A DNA stretch of 64,000 bases from Lama glama (Eukaryota), in assembly GCA_028534125.1 (NCBI GenBank), contig CM052817.1, forward strand, positions 12,960,001 to 13,024,000, written 5' to 3'. Position numbers and translations under genes: made by a program. The notes under the pieces are model-generated. The model was not told the origin of the DNA. It ran no database searches and saw only the letters and a program-made list of their open reading frames with translations. Of this stretch, positions 52,041-64,000 are shown one piece after another; within the stretch, counting starts at the first letter, position 1, and each line of letters begins with the position of its first letter.

Positions 52041-53893
52041 TGTTAATTTCAACAAATCAGTCACTTGTTCAAAGACTATCATGGTTTCCCATAATCTTCA
52101 AATCAGACTAAACTTCCTTTCTGTCTTTCAAAGAAATCCATAATTAATACCCTCCCTGTCTGACTCCTTTCTCTCTACGTGTATAAGCCACGGACTCTAA
52201 TAAGATTGTCTCTTCACTGACTTATAAATACGTTTTACTCATTAATCTAAGTGAACAACTTTTAAAAATTCCTCCATGTATTAATAATATCCCCCATCGA
52301 ATTGATTAATATTTCTTTGTTGATGGATGCACGAATTGTGTCCATGTCTTTTTATTTTATTAATGATATAGTGTACATATTTATATTCACATTTAAATCC
52401 CAATTTGGTTGTTTTATAACTGACAGTAAAAATAATTTGAAACGTATCTGGAAATTTAAAATGTGAAGGATTGTCGTGAGTAATTTGATTAAGAAGATGA
52501 TTAGCAATTTACCTCCCAGATATTAAAATGCCTTCAAGACTTATAATGACCCAAAAAGTGTAGTCGTGAACGGCAACTGAATCTGGATCAATGAAACAAA
52601 ACAGATAGAGATCGTCTCATCAAAACCCACACCAAATGCAAACTGCAAAGCAGGAAACACACTGGATACAAGAATGGTACATAAAAGGTAAATGTTTTTG
52701 ATACATGAAAAGTCTTAAAATAACAGTAAGAAAAATCAAACACTGAACAGAAATTCTAAAATATAACATTTGAATATATCAACTTGACCTATTTTTCCTA
52801 GCAAAGTTGTTTGCATATATTGATAGCAGAAATAAATTTAAACTGGCAAAAAGAAAAAAAAGAGACTAGGAAAAGAAATTTAACATTGTTTATCAAAGAT
52901 GTCAAAGGATTCATAATTTTTGATGCAGTAATCCCATTTCTAGGATCCTAACCTAATTAAAAATTAAAGAAATACTTATTAAATATATCTAAGTATGTAT
53001 GCCATATCATTATTAAAATCGTGAAAAAGAAACTCACAGCTCTTGGTCCATCAATAGGGGGAGATTAATTAATTAGTATAGGGATTTGATTTTCAAGTAG
53101 TAGGGATTTTCAAATGGTAGCTAATGACAGGAGAAAATACTTGCAAAATATCATTAAACAACAAAAGCCAGGTAACTTACAAAATATGAAAGCTTATATG
53201 TCAGCTTCAAACCCTACGTTGCCCACTCAAGGAGCCAAACAAAAGGACCGAAGACTGGAAAGGTAGAGCGCTTTAATCAGCAGTGAAATGAAGGAACAGC
53301 ATCAGACACAAATGTCAAGGAATTTTGACGGGTATATTACAGATGGAGACAGATTGAAAGACAGACACATACTACCCTGTCCAAGAAAATGATGCAGAAC
53401 AGCAGGAAGTATTAAAAAAAAAAAAAACCTGGCATAACATCATAGCCATCTCTACTTCAGAGACAAGATTTCCAGTCAAGAATTTTCTGCGTGAGTAGTG
53501 AGGAACCCTACTTGGGATTCTTTTATTTGTAGTGGACGAGACATGATCAGATGCAGCATCTTGTGGCCCTTTTCAGGTATTTGACAACAGAATGCCTAGG
53601 GAACGCCCTTCTTGTCTCTTTCCTCATCTCTCATTAGAAGAGAAGCCGGAATATATATAGTATATATAGTAATGTGAACGTGGACAGTTCATCCTCTTTA
53701 AGTCTCCGTTTACTCATCTGTAAAATGGTAATAATAATAGTGCCTACCCTATGGAGTTGTGAAAACCAAATAAGGTAATGCTAAGGAAACTCAAATACAA
53801 GAATATCTCACTAAGTCTTGAGGGTGGTTACAATCTTAACTAAGAGTCTGGAAGTGTGGATTTTGAAGGCGTACTGGCCCATGAGAGAGACGG

Positions 53894-54341
53894 TGTGTTA
53901 GGTAGGGTGTTCCAAGGAACACATTCTGAGGCAGAGATTTGCCAGCTCTAGGACCGAAGTCCTCCAGCCCCAGCTGGAAGGTGCAATGCCCGATGCAGGC
54001 TCACAGCAGAGGCCTCCCCTAGGAGTTGCGGGACAAGGAGATCAGCAGGGCTGGATAGAAGAAGCAGTTGAAATTCAATGCGGCTGCAGTGAAGGTTTCA
54101 GCCTCTGCCATGAAAAGCTTTCATACCAGTTCGATCCTTCAGAAATCGCAGACCACACACTGGGTAGTGGCCGTCCTTGGAGAGGAGCCTACCTTCCAGG
54201 GAAGCAGGTACTTTGGGGCAGGGCGATTCCTAAGGGAGGCCTCTGCTGTGAGCCTGCAGCAGACAACGCACCCACCAGCCGGGGCTGGAAGACTTCGGTC
54301 CTCACCAGAGTCTGGGCCGAGCGCCATAGCAGACATTTATG
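53894..54341 (-). mobile_element. Solo ERVL LTR (LTR40/41-like) with internal inverted duplication
   Basis: Perfect 5-bp TSD GACGG (53889-53893 / 54342-54346); ttctgaggcagagatttgc and tctgggccgagcgcc motifs. Confidence 0.8.
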
Positions 54342-55139
54342 GACGGTGCTTAGAACCTTTAGCCACCACAGAGCAAGAGTCCGAGGGAGATTCTACAGAG
54401 ATCTGCAGGGTGGAATGACTTATTTTTTCCCGGCCTAATTTTTTTTATCCCCAACACAAGGGAGCATTTTAAATATATTGTAAACTCTTTCAGAGAGGCT
54501 TACTCAAACCCCCAAGGCAAAAACTACAGAAAGGAGGACAGGCCTAATGACACAGAAAACTGACCAGTAGAGGCCCAAAGCTGGGCCCTCAGACAAAAGT
54601 GTCAGCAACTTCATAGGAAGAAAAGGAAGGCATGTGCATGACTCCCCCTCCACAGACACACACAAATGCGCTCAGAGGCAAGTTCTCCACTTTACAATGG
54701 ACTTCCAGCCTCCACTCTGTTTTTAGGGGTGCATTTCAACAACAGGGTAAATAAAATAATTGGATATAACAGGTTAAAACACAGAGGAAAGAGGGCTTTT
54801 TCTTTGCTGCTTGTCCAAAGCTAATGTCTTTAGGAAACCAGAGAGGAAAGACTCTCTTGGACTGGGCAGGGGGACTAGTGCTTTAATGTTCACAGTGTGA
54901 TGAGAATTCTGCTACTGGACGGTTCTGAGGGAGGAGGTCCCCCACGCTGCAGTCAGAGAAGAGCTTCCCACGGGGCTGTGAACTCAGAGAGAGGAGACCT
55001 TGCTCTGTGCTCCCTGGTTAGAGCCTGGAGAGGCTGAGAACCCCCACATCTGTGTGGACATCCACACAAGTTTTAAACCCTCTCATTAATGAATCCCCTG
55101 GTGCAAAGTAGCCAGAAGGAATTGAATGAATCCTATGAC

Positions 55140-57720
55140 CAAAGAAACTTGCAAATCAATAAAAAGTCAACCACTCCAACATGGAAACAAACAAACAAAA
55201 AAAGATTCCAAGCACTTTTGCTTACTGTTTTATTTTCTGAAAATAATGTGAGATTCATTCATACTGATGCTATAATTTATCCATTTTCCTATTGACAGGT
55301 AACAGGGGTTGTTTCTAGCTTTTGTGTATCACAATGTGGTGGACAACCTTCTTATGCATGTCCCCTTGGTGCTCACGTGCAAGAAATTCTGAAGGGTGTA
55401 TATTCAGGAGTTGAATGACAGAGTTGAAAATTTTGCCTACCCTCAACTTTACCACACAATGCCAATTTGTTTCCAAAATACTTGTAACAATATATACTCC
55501 CACCTACAGGGTATATGGAAAGGTTTAATTCCCACAAACCCTGGTATTGTCAGATCTTTTTTTAAATCCCAATCTGTTGGGACTAAAATGGCATCTCATT
55601 GGGGATTTCATTTGCATTTCATAATTTTAGTGATACTGAGTCTTTCTTACATATATTGACAATTCACATTTTCTGCAAAATGTTTGTTTATACCTTTGCT
55701 TCAGAAGTGAATGTACAGGAAATTTATGTTTTCTTTTAGTTTGTGAGATAGGTAGATATATATGACTAGAAAATGTGGTCTAAATGATAATGGTTCTCTG
55801 AAATTTGTTAAGAATTGCTCTATGGCCTGTGGCTTTATGACATTGGTCAGATTCATCTAAGTATTCATGTAAGCTTGAAAAGAATAAATATTTTCCAGTT
55901 CTGTATGGGATCAAACTTCCTTGTGTATCCTCTGCACATCCACTAGATCAAGCTTATCTATTGCTTGTTTTATCTACTTGATCTATTCAATACTATAGCA
56001 GTATGTTAAAACACCCAATTTTGTGGATGCATCATCTATTTCTTTTTTTAATTGCGAAAACTTTCACTCTAATAAATTTTGAAGCTATGATGTTCAGAAT
56101 ATATGTTTAGAATTGTTTATTTTTCTGGTGATCTGATCCTTTAATCACTATTTAGCCACAGTAGCTTACTCTCATTAATATCGTCTAATATATCATTTTG
56201 TCTCTTTCTCTTACAGCTATTCGTATACTTAGAAGATTTATACCTATAGTGAAAGATGTGCATATTGTAAAGAGTATTTTGCTGCATAAGATACAGTGAA
56301 GAAGGTCAGTAAGTTTCTGGTAATTCTATTGAAAGTCTATTGAAAGTTTAACAAAATTCTTCCACCTCTGGCAAGAGTGATCTTTGCCCTTTACTTTTTT
56401 GTGATTATTGATATGAACAGATTTAATTTTATCTTCTTAGTTTCTGCACTGTTCCTTGTTTGCTGGGCTCCTTTTTGTTCTTCTCCATTTTTTTCTTCTT
56501 TTGTGTTTTTTTTTTTTCCTATCTTGTTTCATTTAGTAGTTTGGAAGTTACACACTCCAAATTCTTCTCTTCTTTAAATCACTACTCATTTTTTTTAACT
56601 TTCATATTGTACTTAACAAAGACTAATGTAAATCAATGTATTTACTCTTTTTAAACAGCTCAAAGGACCTAGTCTGTTCAGACTCTAATCAGTCACACAT
56701 ACACAGACACATGCACACACACACTAACTCCAGATTTTATTTTTTCTAATCCCTTCAATGTAAGTGTTATCATAACATGCTTACAATTTCCACTAATCAT
56801 CTTTTTTTTTTAATCAGGCCTTTCTTTTGGAATAATTTTTCTTCTTCCTGAAACATCTCCATTTCTTTAGTAATTCAGTTTTATTCGTCTGAAGATACCT
56901 TCTTTTGCCCCTGCTCTTGAAACATTATTTTGAAGGCTATCTAGTCCCAGATAAATGATTATTGATCCTCAATATTTTAAATGTATTATTTCTTCACACT
57001 CTTCTGTCAAAGTTCTGTATTTCTATCTTTGGTGTTTAATAGTTCATTGTGATGTGTTTTTGTTTATGCTGCTTGGAAATATTATATTTCCAAGTCTAAA
57101 GAGTTATGATTTTTGCCTTTTGTCAGTTTTTAGAAAATCCATAGTCATTATCTTTTAAATGTTAATAATCAGAAGCACAATCTCTGCTGTTAGACTGCCT
57201 AGATTTGAATCTGGGTTCTGCCACTTACCAGCTAGGGAAGCTTGGGAAGTTATTTAGTCAATTTCTATCCCAGTTTCCCCACCTATACAAAGCAGTAATA
57301 TAATAATAGTAATAATATTAATGCCCACATGGTAGGGTTAGAATTCTCCCTGGGCTATAGCAAATGTATCTTTAACACCATTTATAATATTAGTAAGTAT
57401 TATTATTTTTATGATAATAAAATAATAATTTTTTTCATCTTCTGAAAATCTGATCAGTCATTTCTTAGAGTGCATAGCTCTGTATTTCAAATCCCTAAAG
57501 CTCTTTTTAATAGTTTTTCTTTTTGCCTCCCTGTTTGTCTCTGAATTAATTTTTTTCACATTTGTCTTAATTTCAGTTCTATCGGACTTTTTTTAACCTA
57601 TCCAATGAATTCTATGTAGAATATATCCTATAACCTATAATGATTCTAATAGTGTTCCTGAATCTGATTGTGCCTTTTATTGTTTCTGCTGACTCTCATT
57701 CATGGTGCCTTGCTTCCTTA
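55140..57720 (-). mobile_element. Fragmented antisense L1ME-like relic; MIR at about 57165-57340
   Basis: gagattcattcatact...aaaatggcatctcattg...catttgcatttc; MIR tttgaatctgggttctgccacttaccagct. Confidence 0.65.
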
Positions 57721-58534
57721 TGTGCGTATGTGTTTTGTGTTTGTATCTTAAGCTCACTTTTGAGGAACTGTATGTCATAATTCCTTGAATACAGGATTGG
57801 GCATGCATTCTTCCATAAATGAAACCCAAAACTCCTTAAATTCAGTTCACAACTTGGGTAGTGATAGTATGACCCTTAAACCGGCTAGAGAGATGGTTGT
57901 GGGAGAGTCTCAAGGGAGACTCTTAACACCCCCTACCACACTCTAACTCAAAGACACTCAAGAGTTTTGGGGGTTTTTTCATTCATTTTTGAAGAGTGCC
58001 TTTCCACCAACCCCAGCCAAACAACTCTTTTACTGAAGTTTTAGAAATTCTGCCTGTTTCAGTAATCAAATACTCACTGACCTGGATCAATGGTCTGTCT
58101 GATTTGGGGGTCATTTTATTTCCTCATGTCTTATCTTTCACTCCTTCCCAGATTTTCAATTAGTTTTTCAACAGATCATCCAGGCATCTTTAAGTTTTTC
58201 TTTTTTAAATAATTTACTGTTAAATGTTTTGTATTTGGAGGATATTTTTTAATGCTTCATCTGCTATATTGTCTGGATGAGAATTTGATGCTTTATCTCA
58301 AAATTTTGTTTAAATTCTAAGATAATTCAACCCAATGTATATCTCTGTATGATATTAGATTTTTAACAAACCAGTTAATTAATAAAAATATTTCAAAGTA
58401 GAGAGAGATTTTTTACATATGCAAAATTGTTTTCTATTTGATACTGCTACTGTATACACACCTACAAAAAGGCTAGATGAATTTTCATCCAAGATGTTGA
58501 AATAAGTTGTGTTGCTTAAAAGCAGGACCATGTA

Positions 58535-59738
58535 CTCTACAAACAAAAGTCCAGGACCAGATGACTTTACTAGGGAATTCTACCAAACATACAAAGAACT
58601 TATACTGATCTTACTCAAATTCTTCCAAAAAACTGAAAAGGAATGTACATTCTCAAACTCATTCTATGAAGCCACCATCACCCTGAGAACACTACCAAAA
58701 AAGAAAATTACAGGCTAATATTATTGATGAACATAGATGCAAAAAGTCTCAAAAATATTAGTAAACAGAATCCAACAACACATAAAAAAGATCATACACT
58801 ATGATCAATTTGGATACAACCCAGATACAAAGATGGATCAACATGCACAAATCAATCAATGTGATACATCACTTCAACAAAAGAAAGGACAAAAATCACA
58901 TGATCATCTCAATAGATTCAGAAAAAGCATTAGCTAAAATTCAACAGTCATTTATGATAAAAACTCTTACCAAAGTGGGTGTAGAGGGAACAAATCTCAA
59001 CATAATAAAACCTCTTTATGGCAAACACACAGCCAACATAATACTCAAGAGTGAAGAGTTGAAAGCCTTCCTACTGAAATCTGTATAGAGAGTCCTCAAT
59101 AAACTAAAAATAGACTTACCATATGATCCAGTAATCCCTCTCCTGGGTAAATATCCAGAGTAAACTCCAACTCAAAATGACACATGCACCCCAATATTCA
59201 TAGCAGCACTATTTATAATAGCCAAGACTTGGGAACAACCTAAATGTCCATGGACGGATGACTGGATAAAGAAGTTGTAGTATATTTATACAATGGAATA
59301 CTACTCAGCCATTAAAAAGAATAAATAATACCATTTGCAGCAACATGGATGGACCTGGAGATTGTCATTCTGAGTGAAGTAAGCCAGTAAGAGAAAGAAA
59401 AATGTCATATGATATCACTTATAATGTGGAATTTTTTTAAAAAAAGAGACACAAATGAACTTATTTACAAAACAGAAACAGACTCACAGTCATAGAAAAC
59501 AAACTTATGGTTACCAGGGTGGAAAGTGGGTGGGAAGGGATAAAACTGATAAACAACAAGTTTATACTGTATAGCGCAGGAAACTCTATTCAGTATCTTG
59601 TAGTAACCATTAATGAAAAAGAATATGAAAACAAATATGTGTATGTATATGTATGACTGAATTATTATGTTGTACACCAGAAGTTGACACAACATTGTAA
59701 ACTGACTATACTTCAATTAAATAAATGAATAAATAAAT
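58535..59738 (+). mobile_element. Young 5'-truncated, internally deleted L1 with TSD
   Basis: [30 protein letters not shown], full 3'UTR and tail. TSD aaaagcaggaccatgta (58518-58534) / aaaagtaggactatgta (59739-59755). Confidence 0.95.
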
Positions 59739-61649
59739 AAAAGTAGGACTATGTAGATACAAAAAACAGTGATTTCCAGAGAACCCTTAAAAAGCAACAA
59801 CACCACCAATTGCAAAAAGTGATTAGCACATGAACTATTTCTCCTGTTTGGGTGGTCAGTAGTGAGAATGATTTATTTGTCTAATGATAAGTAGAATAGT
59901 TATTTGTTAAATTTCTTCATAATAAAGATAAGTAATTCTCAACAAAAAAAGCTAACCCAATTTCATGGATGTTATGTAAGTTTTCCCTAAGCTAAAATTA
60001 AGCATAATTTACCAAAGCCATTTTGGCTTAGTAAACACAGTTTTAAGCAAGTATTTTTTATATCTAACTTTACTTATAATGTTACCTTCCAAAAAGAATC
60101 TTTATGTGAAGAATAAAACTGTAGATTTTTCTAAGTCAGATCCTTAGAATACCTACCTTTAAATAGAGATGAGAACATATTTTGCCAGAGTAAATTTTCA
60201 GCAGGAAACTTTGAGAGTGGTTACACAATAATATTTTCAGTGTTTTTTTTTTGGTGCTGCAAAAAAAAAAATCACTTCTCCTAATACATAGGATTAACTT
60301 GGTCCATAAATGGCTCATTGACCCTAGAATTACCTGCTCCATCTGTCTGCTCATAGTCTGAAATTCTGACCTTAACTAAGAATTAAGAAATTTTATTTTC
60401 TGAAAAGGTTAATAAATTTCTAGCTCCCATAGTTATAGAAAGTGAGGCAGTGTGCTTTGAGGACCCACTGCATGCAAAGCACTGTGATAATCAGTTTCAA
60501 GGAGGTAAATCTATTTATTGTCCTTTCAGATAGTCAGTAAGATGATGAACATGCTATAAAGTACTCGTATGTTTAGCAGCATGGAGCACTTCCAAAATTC
60601 AGTTGTAGAGTTACCAGACAGCCTAGGGGAAAGATGCTCTATGCCAATTTCGTAGCAATTGGATATATACACAATAAAGCATGAGTGATTTTCCAGGGAA
60701 ATCTTTGTAAAATTATGAAATCCTGCCCCACTAATGGGAGTGAGTCACCATTTACACACTGATTCTATGACTGCATCCTAATGGGAAGAGAATTCAGCTT
60801 TTATTAAGTCAAAGCCCTGTAATGCACCACTGAAACTAGATAAAAGAAGATTGTCACAATGATCCAAACACACAGTAAGAAAAATCCCAGTGCTTCAAAC
60901 TCTGCACCAAAAAAGGACACACACAGAAGAAAACACTAGATTGTAAAATACAGCAAGTTCCCTCACTGATCAAATATTCAAATGCCAATTTAGTTGACAT
61001 GAGGACTAAAATGGAAGTTTGCAGCGTGATAAGGCAATTCCTTTGAAAGGGCTCTTACTCTAAAAGTTCAGACAGTCTAATTTCCACATTCAGAATAAAT
61101 TTATGCTAGTTCTTTTTCAAATGGAAGGATAGCTATTCTATCTCCAGCACTCCGTTCTTTCCTACAATACTTTGCATCATTGATCATATTCAGTAAAACA
61201 GAATTGATCATGAAATTTGAAAAAAAATAGACATTTAATTTTCCAACATTGCAAACAGTGAAACTTTTCTGATGTGATTGCTTAAATATAAGATAATACT
61301 TAACATGAGTGTTTTTAAAGTCATTGTGTGAGAACTTTCACTGTCAGTATTCTGGACCCACTGCTGTTCCCTTGGAAGTTGGCAGTAGTACCAACCCTGC
61401 TGCCACTCTTCTATAAATATTTACATTTTCTCAGTCAGCAGTAACTCACATGGATTTGATGTCCATTTCTTTCTGTGCTGTTATATATCAGTCTTTCTTT
61501 TTGACAGGTAGTTGTTGTAATTTAAGTTCCCTTTCTGTTTCACTACTCATATTCTTTTCATCAGCATCATGCTTGGCTTGACCTTCAAGTCATCCCATAA
61601 GCGTATTGCAGAGAGCTTGAGTTATTTTGTTGACTTCGATCCCATGATT

Positions 61650-62090
61650 AATTTATTCATTCTTCAACTCAGTAAATACTTACTGTGTGGCTTCCATAAC
61701 CAAGGCACCCTCTTCTAGGTGCTGAGAATATAGGATAAAATTGTTTTTAAAACCCAGAAGCCCAGCTTCCATAAGGCTTAATTCCAGTGGGAAGATACAT
61801 GCAATAAACAAATAAATGAAATTTATGGGGTGTCAGATAAAAAGCACTCTAGAGAAAAATAAAGCCGAGAGGGGAGACTGTGCAGGAGGTAGGTGAGAAG
61901 AGGCTTGCAGTGTCGAAAAGGATTAGAGGAAACATCAGAAATAAGATGACACTTGAAAGAAGGAAGAAACAGGGCAGTGAGTTCTCCAGGGGAAGAAGAT
62001 TCTATACCCAGGAAACAAATACGAAGAACCAGGGGCAGGAACATTCCTGGTGGGTTCAAGGAAGAGCTAAGAATATTTAGCCTGAGTAAC
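61650..62090 (-). mobile_element. L2 3' fragment
   Basis: ttattcattcttcaactcagtaaatacttactgtgtg...ctaggtgctgagaata. Confidence 0.85.
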
Positions 62091-63269
62091 TTGAATGATG
62101 GACTCATGAAGAGTTAACTTGACTGAGTAACTCACAAAGAGAGACGAGACTAAAGGAGGGTAGGGCTTGCAGCGGGGGTGAAGATGCTTCAGTTGAGTAT
62201 CCTATGTGTTTTTATTTCCCATCTGTCCCTTCAAAATACTTTACCTTTATGCACTTTATAAACAATATGCTTTTCATACATTAGGAATCTTTCTATGTTG
62301 CATTGTCCCAGGTGTTAATACCTTTGGACTCCCAACAAGGTGAAATCCGCAAGTATTAGTGTCTAAAGGGACTCAAATGACTGACAACAAATTTTTATAC
62401 ACATCAGATGGTTTCCAGTTTTTCTATTGCCATGAAATTGGGGGGGTGTTAATACAGTTATTACCTAAAATATTATTAAAAGTGATTTGCGCTGATGGAT
62501 CATTTCATTTGGAAGCATAGAGTTGGAAAGGCAATTGAAGAACCAAGTGACATTTTTTTTTAAGGAAACCTCTCCTATTTCCATCCGTGTGAATGATATT
62601 TCCCAGGGAGTACGCATATAACAATTGAAAAGAGGACTAGACTTGAAGCAGAGTAATAATATGTAACATTCACTGATGGATACATGAGCTGATAAGAAAG
62701 AACGCTCCTAAAAACATTAAGAAATGCTAGTGATTATACTGGAGAGAAAGGAAATGTCCCTGATTGTGGTGGGAGAGGGGTTTCTATGTTGTATAAGTGC
62801 TCAATTTTGTTTCCTGGATGGTGATTACATGAGTCTGCATTGTGATAAAATATTGAGCTGTACGTCTTTGTTTTGTGAATGTTTCTAAAGGTGTAATTCA
62901 CAATAAAATGGCTTAAAATTATGGTAGGGTAAAATCCTGTGATGGGACTGCAAAGAAAATAATAGCCTGAGGAGAAGAGAGAATGGTTTGTAATGTCCTA
63001 CTGCTAAAGAAAGCCACATTCATGTGTTTTAAAATAGATAAAGGTATGTATCAAATTGCAGTAGTATTATTATTTCCCTGGATGCATTTATAAGTTTGAG
63101 GTCTTAGTTTTATGCAACGTGACTCTATTTAAACTATATTGTCACTTACAACTTTTGCAAGGCTGTAACTAGCCTTAAGATGAATATTTAGATGCCAATT
63201 TTTTTTTAAAAAAGAAATGAGCAAAGAGATACACAGAAAGTTTGAAGACCACTGGTTTAGAGATCAGGG

Positions 63270-64000
63270 GTACAAGAAAATACAGCAAGGCATCCTGAGA
63301 TTGAGCTGCCAAAAGAACCAAAGGAAAAGTAGGAGAGCAGAGTTCTCTGGAAGCACTGAAACAAAGGTGCTTCAACTAGGAAGGCATGGTCAGCTCTGAC
63401 CAACACAACGCTGCTGAAAGTCGGGCTAAAATGAGGACTGAGAACTCACCACTGGATTTGGCAATCAATGGTCAGAGGTGAACTTGACTGAGCTCTTTTG
63501 GGAGAGTCATGGGCAAAAAGCCTCACTGAAGTGTGTTCAAGAGAAAATGTGGGGAGAGGAACTTGGGACAGCAAACATGGTCTAACCTTTCACAGAGTTT
63601 TGCTTTAAAGGGGCACAGCTGGAAGGTGACGTGAGGTCAAACACGTTTTTGTTTTGTTTTGTTTTTTTAGTTTGTTTTTGTTTGTTTAGATAAGAGAAAT
63701 TACAGCATGTTTGTATGCTGGTGGCAACAATCCAGGTAAAAGGGGAAAAAATTGATAATACTGTGAAGAGAGGGGGATTACTGGAGCTTTATTCTTGAGC
63801 AGGTGAGAAGAGGATGGTATCTCGAGCACACGTCGGGGGCTTGGCCTTACTAGGAAATAGTTCTTCCAGGGTAAAAACAGAGACGGCAGATTATATGGAC
63901 TGAGCTGGAAGTTAGGGGACTATGTTTTGAGGGTTGCACGGCAGTTCTGAATAATTTTTTCAGTGTAACTGAAACAAGATCATCGTCATCTTAAAGTGAG
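63270..64000 (-). mobile_element. L2 internal fragment
   Basis: aatgaggactgagaactcaccactggatttggcaat...gagagggggattactggagc. Confidence 0.8.

Noticed and set aside
53986..54438. 150-aa ORF
   Set aside because: Lies in a GC-rich solo LTR read antisense; no domain similarity.
61430..61650. Minus-strand pseudogene-like or transposase-like reading (GIEVNKITQALCNTLMG...)
   Set aside because: Stops in all frames and no family I can name.

Overview
Repeat-rich, AT-rich eutherian mammal DNA, intergenic or deep-intronic, with three assembly gaps. Two short tRNA-derived SINEs and the young L1 3' ends point to a camelid (inference). I found no recognisable protein-coding gene, RNA gene or CRISPR array. 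The listed ORFs are N-runs, microsatellites or chance frames in decayed transposons. The window holds L1, L2, MIR, MaLR/ERVL/ERV1 LTRs, hAT MITEs, and a fragmented ERVL provirus (RT, integrase, dUTPase, LTR33) at about 11.2-18.7 kb. The most notable structures are rearrangement scars. (1) An ancient 1.2-1.5 kb inversion splits an L1MC 3' end and is bracketed by an inverted duplication of about 290 bp (23.86-25.64 kb). (2) A gapless 80-bp inverted duplication (68/80 identical) lies inside a solo ERVL LTR, apparently replacing its poly(A)-signal segment (53.95-54.30 kb). (3) A twin-priming L1 5'-inversion sits at 47.28-47.60 kb. A few + strand exon-like cassettes may belong to an unannotated, probably non-coding, transcript. 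Repeat family names come from my recall of consensus sequences, not from a search, and most repeat boundaries are approximate. I see no convincing new biological system.
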